Of a DNA stretch of 64,000 nt, positions 50,789-61,988 are shown in pieces (the first letter of the stretch is position 1; the number at the start of each line of letters is the position of its first letter). Below the pieces are notes generated by a model, which did not search any database, was not told the origin of the DNA, and saw only the letters and a program-made list of their open reading frames with translations. Source of the stretch: a virus (taxonomy: Duplodnaviria > Heunggongvirae > Uroviricota > Caudoviricetes); the IMG/VR virus record IMGVR_UViG_3300031784_000011, positions 64,001-128,000 of that record. The stretch is one strand, 5' to 3'. Both the position numbers and the translations under genes were made by a program.

Positions 50789-53700
50789 TTAATCCATTTT
50801 AAAGTATACAACGTCTCCATCGTATAGTCCTAATTCGGACATAAGTTTCGGTGACATACCCATACCAATCTCGGTAGACTTCGGTCCTCTACTAATTGGA
50901 CCTTCAACCACTATTGAACCAACAGTTTTGTCTAATTGGTAATTAGGATTTACTGTTAATTGAGTATTGTTTTTAGGGTTCTTAAATGTTGTTTTAGCAG
51001 TTTTTATAACATCATTAGTAATGGTTCTTGACAATTGAAAATCCACATTATAGAATTTATAACTTGAATCCTTAACGTCAGACCATGTAATTCCGTTTGT
51101 GAGATTAAATCCTTGTGCGTCATCTATTGGGTATTTTTCTCCACCCATTTTATATACAATAGTTCTAAACCATTCCTCATTACCGTTTCTAACTTTTTGT
51201 ATTAGACGAGTTTCATTATATCCATTATATGGTACACCAAATCTGTTAATACCAACTTCTTGAATAACCGTTTCACCCTGTATATTTTTACCTTGTCTGT
51301 CCGTAACATATGGTATTCCTTGGTATATAACTTCTTGGTCGGTGTCGGTATCGTTAGCGGCTCTCTGTTTGATTTTAGCAATAGCTTTTGCTTGAATTTT
51401 ATCAAATAGAATTCGATAACTTGCAACAAATGAGTCTTTAGGGTCAGGTAATGAAGTATATGGTATTCGTGTTCCTGAAAAACTTGTTGAGATGTTATTA
51501 CCCTTGATTTGATGAGAAACCTCAGTAATCCAATATGAACCCCTAAACATAGGTATGTTTTTTAAGTAAAAGAACATTGTTGGTTGAATCATAACGTTAC
51601 CCATGGCAGTTACACCACATTTATATGATGCTTGTTTATAATAATCGAATAAACTTGTGTCTACATTATGAACACCAGCACCTGAAGCCGACCTTGATAG
51701 ATTTTCTAAAACTTGAAAAGACTCTGATGTATTTTTTAGTGTACTTTGGTCTAATGTAACTCCTTTGAATATACCTTGATTTTGGTCACCAAAACTCACC
51801 TCAAACGCAACTACCCTATTAGATTTTGATAAATCGTTTTGTGAGAAACCTTCTAATGATGTTATTAATAATGGGTTTGGAGTTTGTCCACCAATATAAA
51901 AACTATCGTCAACAAACTTATACGCCTTACTATTGGACATATCAATTCTTTTCGATGTTTGTCCAACTAATTGTATGATAACTTTTGGTGTCGCCTCTTG
52001 ATAATCAACCTCTAAGAATGTACCAAATAAAGTTGATGCCACTTTTTTTGATGGTGTTATTTTATTCTTATTTGTCAAGTTATTACCATAAAAATTTATA
52101 TAGGCAGGTAACGCTCTCATATCTAATCCAGTACCTTGTATTATCATAGAAATGGCGTTGTACAAAGGAAGTTTAGAGTTGTTTGGGTCCAATAAAGGTG
52201 TAAACTTATCTATGTTTAAATAAAATTTATCACCAATGTCTCTATTGGCTTTGTCTAAGAATAAAAATTCCTCAAGTAACAAACGTTGACCAATTGAATT
52301 ACCGGCGGTCCATTTATCGTTAAATGATTTGAAAGTGTTATACAATTCTAACTTTGTTTGAGTTGAATTGTAACCTCTAAACATATCAATACTAGCAGCA
52401 GGATTACCCGTGGCGTTACTCGTTAAATTACCTAATAATGGTAAAAGTGTATTCAAATACAAAGCAAGTCTAGCTTCAGCCCCTTTTGGAACATTTGTTC
52501 CACCTGTATTTTTAAGTATTATTGAATCTTGTAAATAAGTTAAAAACGCGGCTTTGGTGTTGGTTCCTCCCGCTTTTCGATATCCACCATATATTTGAGC
52601 CAACGGCCTATGTTTTTTTATGTTATCTTCAGTTAATTTAACGTCCAATAAACTAAAGAAATTAACATAGTAACTATCAATATCTTCACCAATATATAAT
52701 TTAATAAAATTAAGATTTGGGGTTGTTAAATCTGAAGCACTGAAAGGTTGTGGTTTATAAGTTGTCAAAGACTTATAAGGTTGAACCGCTGTCAAACCAT
52801 ATAAAGAATTGGCATCAATTTCTTTTGGGTTTGCTAACGTAAATTTTATTAAGTTGTTAGCACTTAATATATCTGTAGTGATAGATTCAGCGTTTCTTTT
52901 TTGTCTTTCTTTTAATGTGTTACCAATTAATAAATCAATATCATTACTATCATCGTCTTTCTTTTCAACAACGGATAATTTCTTTAACATATCTTGGAAT
53001 TTAGGATAACTAATATTCCTAAAAATGTTATACGGTATTTCTTCATTTATTTTTTCACTAGCAAAATCAAGAAAGAAACTTTCAAAATACTCAAGTATTT
53101 GAGGGCTAAATGTACCGATTAAATCTAACGCCTTTTTGTAATTAGTTGATATTGAATATGTGTTACCTGTTGTCCTAAAATAATCGTACGGACTTGGGAA
53201 CGTTTGTCCACTAAAACTAGTTGAAAGAGTGTCGTTTAGGTACCAAAGTGTTTTAAATGTCAACTCCTCAGCTACTGTGAATGTGTTACTATTGGATATG
53301 TCACTATTTTTATGTCCCCCAAGAGATGGTAATAAAGTGTAGTTTTTGTCTGAGGTTATGTATTTGGAATTATCCATAACCACGTCCCAATAATTCATAC
53401 CGCTTTTTTGTGTAACCCTATGTAATAATTTACCCGATGTACTTGTGGAAGAATATGAAACATTACCTAAAGTTATATCATAAGTTGCATAGTCATTTAC
53501 TATTTGACTGTACACAGTTTGATAGAACGGTCTAATACCTGCATTAGTGTAACCAGTATATGTAACACCTGAAGTTGAACCTGATGATGTGGAAATTTTT
53601 GGTACTATATCAAAGGTCACATATTCATCATAAACAGCAAATACTGTGGCACCTGTTAGTCCTGTAAGTGGAGTTTGTGAAATTGTAAATCCTGTAGTAC

Positions 53701-56700
53701 TTGTAATATTTGTAATGTACGTATTCGGCGCTGTTTGTCCTGTACCAGCAATAACCGTAACGGTCATTCCTGTTTGTAGTCCTATTGTACTTGGTACATT
53801 AATCGTAGTACCACTACTACTTGCGTTTGTTGATGTGTATGTTATTAGTGCACCATTATTATCAAATAGGGTTTTACCTGTTAATGGTTTTGTAACATAG
53901 CTTGAATTTACACATCCATTCAAAATATCGTAACCATCTATTAAGTGTGTTTTATATCTATGATAAATTGAACCCCATTTTAACATTAAATGATATGGTA
54001 TAAAATGTGTAGACGATACTTCTCTAAATAAAGAAGATGTTAATATTGACTGACCTCCAAATGTTATTTGTTCATCTAAATCAATGAAAGGTAATGAGTT
54101 TAATAACAAATACGATGAACCAGCGTACTTACCTCGTAAAGTTGATTTATTAAAATCATTAAATAATTGATTATGAAAATATGGTGTGTTTAATATTGAG
54201 GTTGTGTTTCCTGTAACATTAATCGTATTTTTAAAAAAGTCAGTGCTGTCTGCTGATGGTTTAACCCATGATTTAGATTCTATTGGTGAACATATAAAAC
54301 CTTGAGAACTGTTAACTTTTAAAATGCCATTAAATTTAAAATTATCTCTTGTGAAATTTGTTTTACCTAAATAATTCAAATATGTTGTTGAATTGAAGGG
54401 GTATATGTCTGTCCTGTATGTTTCAGGTTCGTAATCAATTAAAATTTTATTTAAATCATCTTCTTTTAAATCACCCGTAGGGTTAGTTGCTGTCTCGTCA
54501 TATTTTTCAAATTTAAATGGTTCGTCAATGACTGAAGATATATAATTGGTTGTTGGTAGATGGTCTTTAAAATAATTGAATCTTTCATATGGTGATAATC
54601 CAGGTAGATATCCATCATAAACCGTAGTGGTCTTAGGTGTCCCATCTTCATTTTTTTGAATAACACCGTTTTCTCTTAATTCTGTTTTTGTAACAGGAGC
54701 AATTAATTGGTCTTTATTGGTTATTTTTTTTGCTAACTCAATAATATCGTTATCGTCTTTTATTAATTCTTGAATATTTTTAAATTCTTCATTGGCCAAC
54801 TGTCTAATCATTTGGTCATTAAAAGAATCAAACAATGTTGAATACAGTGCTCTTTCGTACAATTCGTAAACAAATCCCGCGTAACTTTTATCAATAAATG
54901 GTATAGATTCATTTATAACGTCAATACCTGATAAGTCTTCAATTTTTTGATTTTCAGTATTTGAATCAAAAACATAATTTACATCATTTCTTGTGGGTTC
55001 CCCATTTACGTTTGTTTCTACCCTATTGGTTACAATTTTAATATACTCTTCAATAAAGTCAATTTCAGGCCAAAGGGTTTTGTCATAAGATTTTAATTTG
55101 TGAACTAATTCTTCATCACCGGGATACGCAATTACATTTTGTTTACCACCACCTTGGGGTTTTTTTACTTCAGGCCATGGATATATGTTTTCACCTTTTG
55201 ATTCTTTTGATAAATTTGTTAAAGTCTTTTTTCTATTATTAGCAGCATCAAAAGCCTTGTTATGAACATCTTTCATTAACCTAATAAAAACCTCAGCATT
55301 AGCTAATAAAACCGCAAACATATTTCTTACGGTTGGTTCGAATCCAAATCCATATTCTTTACTTTTGATGACCTTATTCATTTCTGATTCAACATCATCT
55401 TCGACTTTTTTTCTTTGTTCCTCAAATGATTTTCTTATTTGAAAAATGTCTTCAAAAATTCCATCAATATGTACAACTACTTTTTTATCATTAAGAACTT
55501 TATAATATGAACTTACGTTTTTAACATTCCTAATTGAAATCCTTTTGAAGTCTCCACTTGTTTGATTTAATAGTTCTTGAGTTAAAAGTTTGGTTTTACC
55601 CATAGCGGCATTGAAACTAGATAAAAGGAGTTCAAGAGCACCCGCTCCGTTACCTAATATATGTTTTGTCTCTGTCTTATCTTTCGCGTTCAAATAAAAC
55701 CATAAATCACTAATTGTTTCATTATTGGTTGCAGTTTTAGTAAATGATGTATATTCTTGTGATAGATATTGTTTACCCCAAGCCTTAATTGAATTTTCAA
55801 AATCATTGAGAAGGGTGTCCATTTCTTTTATACCAGAAAAGACATCCATACTGACTTTACTAAAAATTTGTTGTTCAAGTATTTTATCAAGAGTTTCAGC
55901 GATGTAACCAATTTCTTTTAGGGTACGAACAGGAAAACCTTTTGGGATTAAACCTTTTTGTTCGTATTGTCTATACACCGATTTTAATATCGTATAACCT
56001 CTTGATGATTGTTTTACTCTTTTTTCATATAATCCTGTACTTTCATTAAATTTTGTATTGTCTTTTTCTTCGACCAAAAACATATAAGGGCAGTTGATAA
56101 TTGCAGACAATGGGATATCGTTTAACCATGCAAAAGTTGAACCAACAAACTTTGTTGTTATTTCAAAATTACCATTAGATTCATTAAATCTCGATTTAAA
56201 ATCGGTCATATGTAATCTATAACGAATGGCTTTACCGTAGTAACCTTTAACTGTTAAATAAAAAATTGGCCACGGTAAATGGAAGAAAGCTCGATAAGGT
56301 GAGTTTTCAGAAGATTCGAAAAGAGTTTTACCTCTTACGTCAACAAAGTTTATAGTGATTTGTGGAACAAAGTTGGCACCTTTTACGTCAATATTAATTG
56401 AATCAATACCAAAAGATTGTCCTGTTGGGTCTTTGAATTGGTCCTCACCGAATGTTACGTCATATCCATCTTTATATGTAGATTCTTGACCCTGAATTGG
56501 TTTGGGAACAAAAGCGTCAGTCCATGTGGCATCAAAGTTCCCATCACCACTTGCGTTTCTTAAAAAATTGAGATTACCTTTTGCAACTTGAGTTAGTGTA
56601 TTTCCTACGTTATCGTCAGCAATAAGAGTCGTTCTTGGAATCAAATCAGCTTCCAAGTTCACATACATGACTAAGTTTTCTTGTTTATGTCCTCTTGGTT

Positions 56701-56812
56701 GAACTTCTCCGTTTGCATCAACAACACTATTTGGGTCAACATAAATAAGATTGTTTTGGTCAACTTTTACAAGTATGTTTTCATTATTTGGGTAATCATT
56801 ATTGCTCGCCAT
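50789..56812 (-). CDS. 2007-aa baseplate hub-like protein (gp27/gpD-like ends with large insert)
   Basis: N-term FGIDSINIDVKGANFVPQITINFVDVRG and C-term VTAMGNVMIQPTMFFYL...GSYWITEVSHQI...TSFSGTR are gp27/gpD-like; follows the gp53-like gene. Confidence 0.65.
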   Translation of the reverse strand: MASNNDYPNNENILVKVDQNNLIYVDPNSVVDANGEVQPRGHKQENLVMYVNLEADLIPRTTLIADDNVGNTLTQVAKGNLNFLRNASGDGNFDATWTDAFVPKPIQGQESTYKDGYDVTFGEDQFKDPTGQSFGIDSINIDVKGANFVPQITINFVDVRGKTLFESSENSPYRAFFHLPWPIFYLTVKGYYGKAIRYRLHMTDFKSRFNESNGNFEITTKFVGSTFAWLNDIPLSAIINCPYMFLVEEKDNTKFNESTGLYEKRVKQSSRGYTILKSVYRQYEQKGLIPKGFPVRTLKEIGYIAETLDKILEQQIFSKVSMDVFSGIKEMDTLLNDFENSIKAWGKQYLSQEYTSFTKTATNNETISDLWFYLNAKDKTETKHILGNGAGALELLLSSFNAAMGKTKLLTQELLNQTSGDFKRISIRNVKNVSSYYKVLNDKKVVVHIDGIFEDIFQIRKSFEEQRKKVEDDVESEMNKVIKSKEYGFGFEPTVRNMFAVLLANAEVFIRLMKDVHNKAFDAANNRKKTLTNLSKESKGENIYPWPEVKKPQGGGKQNVIAYPGDEELVHKLKSYDKTLWPEIDFIEEYIKIVTNRVETNVNGEPTRNDVNYVFDSNTENQKIEDLSGIDVINESIPFIDKSYAGFVYELYERALYSTLFDSFNDQMIRQLANEEFKNIQELIKDDNDIIELAKKITNKDQLIAPVTKTELRENGVIQKNEDGTPKTTTVYDGYLPGLSPYERFNYFKDHLPTTNYISSVIDEPFKFEKYDETATNPTGDLKEDDLNKILIDYEPETYRTDIYPFNSTTYLNYLGKTNFTRDNFKFNGILKVNSSQGFICSPIESKSWVKPSADSTDFFKNTINVTGNTTSILNTPYFHNQLFNDFNKSTLRGKYAGSSYLLLNSLPFIDLDEQITFGGQSILTSSLFREVSSTHFIPYHLMLKWGSIYHRYKTHLIDGYDILNGCVNSSYVTKPLTGKTLFDNNGALITYTSTNASSSGTTINVPSTIGLQTGMTVTVIAGTGQTAPNTYITNITSTTGFTISQTPLTGLTGATVFAVYDEYVTFDIVPKISTSSGSTSGVTYTGYTNAGIRPFYQTVYSQIVNDYATYDITLGNVSYSSTSTSGKLLHRVTQKSGMNYWDVVMDNSKYITSDKNYTLLPSLGGHKNSDISNSNTFTVAEELTFKTLWYLNDTLSTSFSGQTFPSPYDYFRTTGNTYSISTNYKKALDLIGTFSPQILEYFESFFLDFASEKINEEIPYNIFRNISYPKFQDMLKKLSVVEKKDDDSNDIDLLIGNTLKERQKRNAESITTDILSANNLIKFTLANPKEIDANSLYGLTAVQPYKSLTTYKPQPFSASDLTTPNLNFIKLYIGEDIDSYYVNFFSLLDVKLTEDNIKKHRPLAQIYGGYRKAGGTNTKAAFLTYLQDSIILKNTGGTNVPKGAEARLALYLNTLLPLLGNLTSNATGNPAASIDMFRGYNSTQTKLELYNTFKSFNDKWTAGNSIGQRLLLEEFLFLDKANRDIGDKFYLNIDKFTPLLDPNNSKLPLYNAISMIIQGTGLDMRALPAYINFYGNNLTNKNKITPSKKVASTLFGTFLEVDYQEATPKVIIQLVGQTSKRIDMSNSKAYKFVDDSFYIGGQTPNPLLITSLEGFSQNDLSKSNRVVAFEVSFGDQNQGIFKGVTLDQSTLKNTSESFQVLENLSRSASGAGVHNVDTSLFDYYKQASYKCGVTAMGNVMIQPTMFFYLKNIPMFRGSYWITEVSHQIKGNNISTSFSGTRIPYTSLPDPKDSFVASYRILFDKIQAKAIAKIKQRAANDTDTDQEVIYQGIPYVTDRQGKNIQGETVIQEVGINRFGVPYNGYNETRLIQKVRNGNEEWFRTIVYKMGGEKYPIDDAQGFNLTNGITWSDVKDSSYKFYNVDFQLSRTITNDVIKTAKTTFKNPKNNTQLTVNPNYQLDKTVGSIVVEGPISRGPKSTEIGMGMSPKLMSELGLYDGDVVYFKMD

Positions 56813-57125
56813 AATATAGGTTATACAATTCTACACTTCTTTTATAATCTTGTAAAGACGTTGTGAGAGGAAAAGGTATTCTAATAACAAAATTATCAGG
56901 TATCTGAAATTCAACACTACCAGCGGTTGGATTTGCTTGTAATATTAACCAACCAAATACTGGTGAACCATAATAATCTTGAGATATCTTATCGAATCTA
57001 TCTCTACCTTTTTTATAAAACATATATCTGTCAGAAGGTTTTATTGGGATTTCAATACCTGGTACAATCCTAAATTTACCATCTTCAACAAAAAACTGAT
57101 ATCTATCAAAATACTGTCTACTCAT
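56799..57125 (-). CDS. Baseplate protein, gp53 / tail protein X (LysM-like)
   Basis: RFDKISQDYYGSPVFGWLILQANP...IPDNFVIRIP. Confidence 0.8.
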   Translation of the reverse strand: MSRQYFDRYQFFVEDGKFRIVPGIEIPIKPSDRYMFYKKGRDRFDKISQDYYGSPVFGWLILQANPTAGSVEFQIPDNFVIRIPFPLTTSLQDYKRSVELYNLYYGEQ

Positions 57126-60100
57126 TATTGTGGTCTATAATAATTTAATTTATCTTTTACTTCGTTTGATGTTGAAAAGATTTGGTTCGCTTCATCTATT
57201 ATTGTTTGGTTTGTTTCATCTGTTGTGGATGAAATTCCAAACTTAATTTCTTTATCACTTTTCCTTTTTTTGAATTTGGTTAATTTAAATTTCTTTTCTT
57301 CTGGTTTTTCAACAAATTTATTTAATCTCTTTTTCAATTGATTTTTTAGAGGGTCTTTATATAACGAAGGGTCTTTTAGCTCTGATATAAATGCATCTAC
57401 TTTATCGTATAACAATTGTTTCATCATAAATTCAAAATCCGCCGATTGTATTGTTGGATTTAAAAATGTAATATTGGTAGATAGACCATCAACTAATTTC
57501 GGTGCATTTGTCTCAATATAATCAATACAGGTACTATATTCATTATATAATAAATCAGAAGTAAATCCACTAATTGCCACAGATTTAACAACACTGTCTT
57601 GTACTGTTGAATCCTTACCATTTTTAATAACGAAATTAACTCTATCTAAATCAGATATTAGTTGGTTTCTTGATTTTTCAAGTTCATCTAATATTTGAGT
57701 GGAAACGGTAAGTTCATTTATTTTATTTTCAATTATCTCTTTAGTTATAAAATCTTTTAATTTAACATTCGTATCTGTAAGTATTGAGCCGGTCATTTCT
57801 TTATTAAAACCAACCATATCAACTAAATAAGTTGATGATGAATTGTTAAGAAAATTAGCTAATCCTGTTTTTAATCCAGTTGTGTAAACTGTTAATTCTT
57901 GTGTCTTTTTATATAAACCAAGTAATGATAATGTTTTACCCGGTGTTGGTGATGTTGAGGTGTAAATGTCGTATTGATTTATTGGTCTATATTCACCCTT
58001 AAATAAAAGAGCGGTAATATCTTTACCGTATTTTGTATAAACTTTGTTATACGTGTCTTGGTACTTATCAAAATAACTTTCTGTTGAGGCGAAGACGGAT
58101 TTAATTATGTCCGTATATTTTATACTGTTACCATCAAGGGCTCCCATATAATTTCCACCTTTTACATTTTTAGTATTTTGAGATTGATTGGTTTTGTTAA
58201 TGGCATTACCATAAGTTTTGTTCAAATCTTCTAAAAATTCACGAGTAAATTCTTCGGCCTTCTTACCACCGATTGTTTCATTTGTTGCAATTGACCTTTC
58301 ATCGTACATTTCGGTGTTGGCATAAAAATTAGATGATAGAGCGTTTTGAAGTCGTTCAACAGGTTTTGAAAGACCTTGACCACCAATAAAGTTTATCGAT
58401 AGTGTGACCGAAGCAATCATTGGTTGTACACCAATACCTTCAGGGTTTAAATCCCACAATATTTGACCTCCGTCATCAAAAGATATGTTCACATCTCTAA
58501 TGACTATTTTTGAATGGTAAAAATCACCGATTCTTAATACACAAACAGGTGGTGGACCAAAAGAGGTATTTCTTGCTCTAACATCCGAATCTTCTGATAT
58601 ACCTTTAATTGGTATGGTATCACCCGGTCTTATACATTGTTGTAAAAATGTAAGTCTCGCATTTAAACCTTCAGGTGTTGTTGAGTGAAACGCGGGATGA
58701 AAATATTTTAATTTTTCTTTAAGTGATGAAAAAACAACAGGGTCACTATCTTCTAATTTTTTAAAGTAAAAACATTCAGATAGTGTTTTTGCAATGATTC
58801 TTTTTAATGGGTCAATTGCCGGTTTCCTTGTTGGTGGATTTACAACAACTTGTCCATTTTCCTCAATTTTTGTTATGGGTGGTTGTGGTGCGGGTGTTTC
58901 GGGTTGTTTCTTCTCTGATTTATTATTGTACTTTAAAGACATTGCAGTTTGTCTACAATAGAACGCAATTGGTGAGTATTGTTTTAATTTTGGTACTCTA
59001 ACGAAATCTTTATTAACACAATCTTTATCAGGTTGGGTTCCAGTTAATGTTTCACCATAATTGACCGATTCTACAATAATTTTAGTATCATGTTCAAAAC
59101 CAAAATCTTTTGTACTATATTCTTTTACAATTACAATAGGTTCTCCTTTTTGAATTATTTCTTTGTCGTTATCAGAATTATTTTTATTTACTAAATTTAA
59201 ATTTGTTGGCCATTTTATTTGCCATTCTTTTTTTCCTCCGACAGCCGATAATCTATCAAAAATATCTTGAATTACGGAGTGACTTCTTCTTAGTGATAAT
59301 CTTTCGTTGTAATCATTGGTTGCAACTGATGAACATGAAGATAAAATTTGAAATCTAATTGTTTCCGCTGTTTTACCAGATATGTCTGATATTAAACTAT
59401 TTAAACTAGATTCATATTTATTAAATGACACATCGGCTTCATCAAAATAATCACCGATTTTTGTTTTTTGAGCATCAATGTCGGATTGTGTTATAACGTG
59501 ATTAGCATCACCAAAAATAAAAGATTTTTCTGTTTTTACTTGAGTGTCTGTTTGAGACAAACCAGTTAAAGTATTTAACGCGGCACCTAATTCATTAATA
59601 TAAGCTTGTTTTTGGTCTTTGTAAGCTTTGTATAATTGTGTATAATTTTGTGTGGTATCAACTTTATCTCTTGGTCCCGGTATATCGTTTTCATACTTTA
59701 ATTTAATTATAACCTCATCAACAGCTTTAGAATCTGCTTCGTTACCTTGTGTTGTTGTGTTTGTTGGTGTTGTTTCTGTTGGATACTCAGTGGTTACCTT
59801 ATATTGTTTGATAGTTTCGGGGTCTTGTCCTTGATTTAAGAAACTTTGAATTAGTTTTATATCGTTTGTATCTAATTGAGCGAATCTTCTGATTAATGCG
59901 TAGAAATCTAATTCCTCACACCCCGCAAAAAATGCGTTGATATAATTTTCCGATTCTTCATCGGACATTCCTTTAAAGTATTCTCTAACCAATAAATTTA
60001 AAATACTTGGGTGGTCCACTACAACCTTAAATGATAATTGACCGCTTCTAGAAGTATCTTGATAAGTATATATTGGTTCAGGTCTACCTAAAAACGTATT

Positions 60101-61960
60101 GTCTTGCCATCTAGCTTGGTTGTTCTCGCTAACTTTCAAATCATACGGAGGAAACCACATAACCCTACCTCCATTATTACCTCTCTCACAGAATGGTAAA
60201 TCATTGTATGTGAAACCAGGTGTATTAGATGTTCTCCATGCTAAGTTCTCAATTGAGAACATATATTTTTTAGCGTAAAATCCATCACCTGTGGGTGATT
60301 CAAATATGTTTGTTGAATTCTTTGCACCAAATGAGTTTTTAAAACTATTTTTTGCATCATAGTTTCCGCTTGACATTGGTGCGATATTAATATTCCAAGG
60401 TCTGCTCTCACCACCCATTACACTATCATCAAATTTTCTGATATTAGCGGTTCTTTTCATTGTGTCTGAATAGTTCATATAAGACCTATCTTTGGTCCAC
60501 ACCCTACAATATTCAGCACCTGTTTCTTGTTTATACTTGTCAACAAATTTAATTGCGGAACCTCGAGACAACATACTGTCACCTTCTTTAAAAATTCTAC
60601 TTGTTTGGTCAATAACATTACCAACGTGTGTTCTTGTGGCTTGACCATCTTTAGGCATTGAATCCAAGATTTCTTGAGTTTTACCCAAAATTGAATCTTC
60701 TCTAAATCCGTATTTTGTTGAAATTGAATTGTTGTACGTATCACTTTCTCTTGATTGGAATTCCTCGTTCCATAATCCAATTTTGTTTTGTGAGTTCTTA
60801 CTAATCCACGTCAGTTTACCACTAATTGGTCCACCTTGGGAAATATTTCTTTGTCTCTCGAATAACGCGGCTTGTACCGGGTCAAACATTAAACTTAAGA
60901 AGTAACTACTTTTAACCATGTTGTCATTAAAGTCTGACATGGTATATTTCACGTCTTCACTTCTATCGTCTCCAATATATGCGACACCTTTTGGTGCTTC
61001 TAATCCTAAAACAGTTTTTACCCCTTGAGCAAAACTATTCGCAAAATTGAAAATTTTTGATGACTGTTGTGACCTCGCTGTTGTTGTATAATTTGGAGCA
61101 TATGTTGAATATGTTAATTGGTCAAATAATATTTGTTTCTGACCCTCTCCCATGTATTCAATCATTAAATCGGAAGGTTTTCTTCCGAGTTTAGGTCTTC
61201 TTTGAATACCAACTAAACTTCCTAAAACACCAGTAACGTCTTGTAAAATAGCGCCGGCTTCTGTTTTTGGTGTTGGTCTATTTTCAATAGGGTTTCTTGG
61301 GTTGGTTAAATAATCGCCAGGTATTTCACTAAAAGGGAATTCAATACCTGCAACTGTTTGAAGAAAATCAACACCCTTTCCTAATAAACTTTTAGCAACG
61401 GTAATCTTATAATTTTTTTCAACTAAAGGTTCTCTACCTGTAACAATATTAATTGCAGTCGCGGTATTTCCACCTAACGCATCTAACGCCCTAACCCTAC
61501 CTAATGTTGCGGATTCCAAATTTTGTTGTAATCTAGCAAAGACAGGTCCTTGTTTGTTTTCTCTAATGTTTTGTGTGGCGAATTTCATTAACCTCGAATC
61601 ACTATCGAAGTTTTGGCCCGCCATAATACTAATTAAATTTGTTGTTTGGGGTTCGAATGAATTTACATATCCAGCTGGATTTATACCACCTAATAATAAA
61701 GCTAAAGACGGTAAAGATGTGTCAGTATATTCTTCAATTGTGTTATTGGGTGGAACATATAAATTGATAAAATTTTGTCCAAAATAAACCGCCCAATTTG
61801 TTTTAACGTCACCGGGGTCGACATTAGCAAAATTATTTAGATTCTGAACACTATAATTCGCATCCGTGAACGTTTGAGGTCCATTCGGTCTATTCAGAGT
61901 TTTTGAAATTAAAAAGTCCCTGAAAGTTTTGGTGTTATTAAAATCTAAATATGTTGGCAT
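57125..61960 (-). CDS. 1611-aa tail tube initiator-like (gp48/gp54-fold) protein with OmpA-like domain
   Basis: Tube-fold segments FPPYDL...FLGRPEPIYTY...LSFKVVVDHP and PPVCVLRIGDF...QPMIASVTLSINFIGG flank DYNERLSLRRSHSV. Confidence 0.6.
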   Translation of the reverse strand: MPTYLDFNNTKTFRDFLISKTLNRPNGPQTFTDANYSVQNLNNFANVDPGDVKTNWAVYFGQNFINLYVPPNNTIEEYTDTSLPSLALLLGGINPAGYVNSFEPQTTNLISIMAGQNFDSDSRLMKFATQNIRENKQGPVFARLQQNLESATLGRVRALDALGGNTATAINIVTGREPLVEKNYKITVAKSLLGKGVDFLQTVAGIEFPFSEIPGDYLTNPRNPIENRPTPKTEAGAILQDVTGVLGSLVGIQRRPKLGRKPSDLMIEYMGEGQKQILFDQLTYSTYAPNYTTTARSQQSSKIFNFANSFAQGVKTVLGLEAPKGVAYIGDDRSEDVKYTMSDFNDNMVKSSYFLSLMFDPVQAALFERQRNISQGGPISGKLTWISKNSQNKIGLWNEEFQSRESDTYNNSISTKYGFREDSILGKTQEILDSMPKDGQATRTHVGNVIDQTSRIFKEGDSMLSRGSAIKFVDKYKQETGAEYCRVWTKDRSYMNYSDTMKRTANIRKFDDSVMGGESRPWNINIAPMSSGNYDAKNSFKNSFGAKNSTNIFESPTGDGFYAKKYMFSIENLAWRTSNTPGFTYNDLPFCERGNNGGRVMWFPPYDLKVSENNQARWQDNTFLGRPEPIYTYQDTSRSGQLSFKVVVDHPSILNLLVREYFKGMSDEESENYINAFFAGCEELDFYALIRRFAQLDTNDIKLIQSFLNQGQDPETIKQYKVTTEYPTETTPTNTTTQGNEADSKAVDEVIIKLKYENDIPGPRDKVDTTQNYTQLYKAYKDQKQAYINELGAALNTLTGLSQTDTQVKTEKSFIFGDANHVITQSDIDAQKTKIGDYFDEADVSFNKYESSLNSLISDISGKTAETIRFQILSSCSSVATNDYNERLSLRRSHSVIQDIFDRLSAVGGKKEWQIKWPTNLNLVNKNNSDNDKEIIQKGEPIVIVKEYSTKDFGFEHDTKIIVESVNYGETLTGTQPDKDCVNKDFVRVPKLKQYSPIAFYCRQTAMSLKYNNKSEKKQPETPAPQPPITKIEENGQVVVNPPTRKPAIDPLKRIIAKTLSECFYFKKLEDSDPVVFSSLKEKLKYFHPAFHSTTPEGLNARLTFLQQCIRPGDTIPIKGISEDSDVRARNTSFGPPPVCVLRIGDFYHSKIVIRDVNISFDDGGQILWDLNPEGIGVQPMIASVTLSINFIGGQGLSKPVERLQNALSSNFYANTEMYDERSIATNETIGGKKAEEFTREFLEDLNKTYGNAINKTNQSQNTKNVKGGNYMGALDGNSIKYTDIIKSVFASTESYFDKYQDTYNKVYTKYGKDITALLFKGEYRPINQYDIYTSTSPTPGKTLSLLGLYKKTQELTVYTTGLKTGLANFLNNSSSTYLVDMVGFNKEMTGSILTDTNVKLKDFITKEIIENKINELTVSTQILDELEKSRNQLISDLDRVNFVIKNGKDSTVQDSVVKSVAISGFTSDLLYNEYSTCIDYIETNAPKLVDGLSTNITFLNPTIQSADFEFMMKQLLYDKVDAFISELKDPSLYKDPLKNQLKKRLNKFVEKPEEKKFKLTKFKKRKSDKEIKFGISSTTDETNQTIIDEANQIFSTSNEVKDKLNYYRPQ

Positions 61961-61967
61961 TTATATT

Positions 61968-61974
61968 ATAAATA
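61968..61974 (-). promoter_or_regulatory. TATTTAT putative late-promoter motif
   Basis: 7 nt upstream of ATG 61960. Confidence 0.55.
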
Positions 61975-61988
61975 GAAACTTTTTAATT

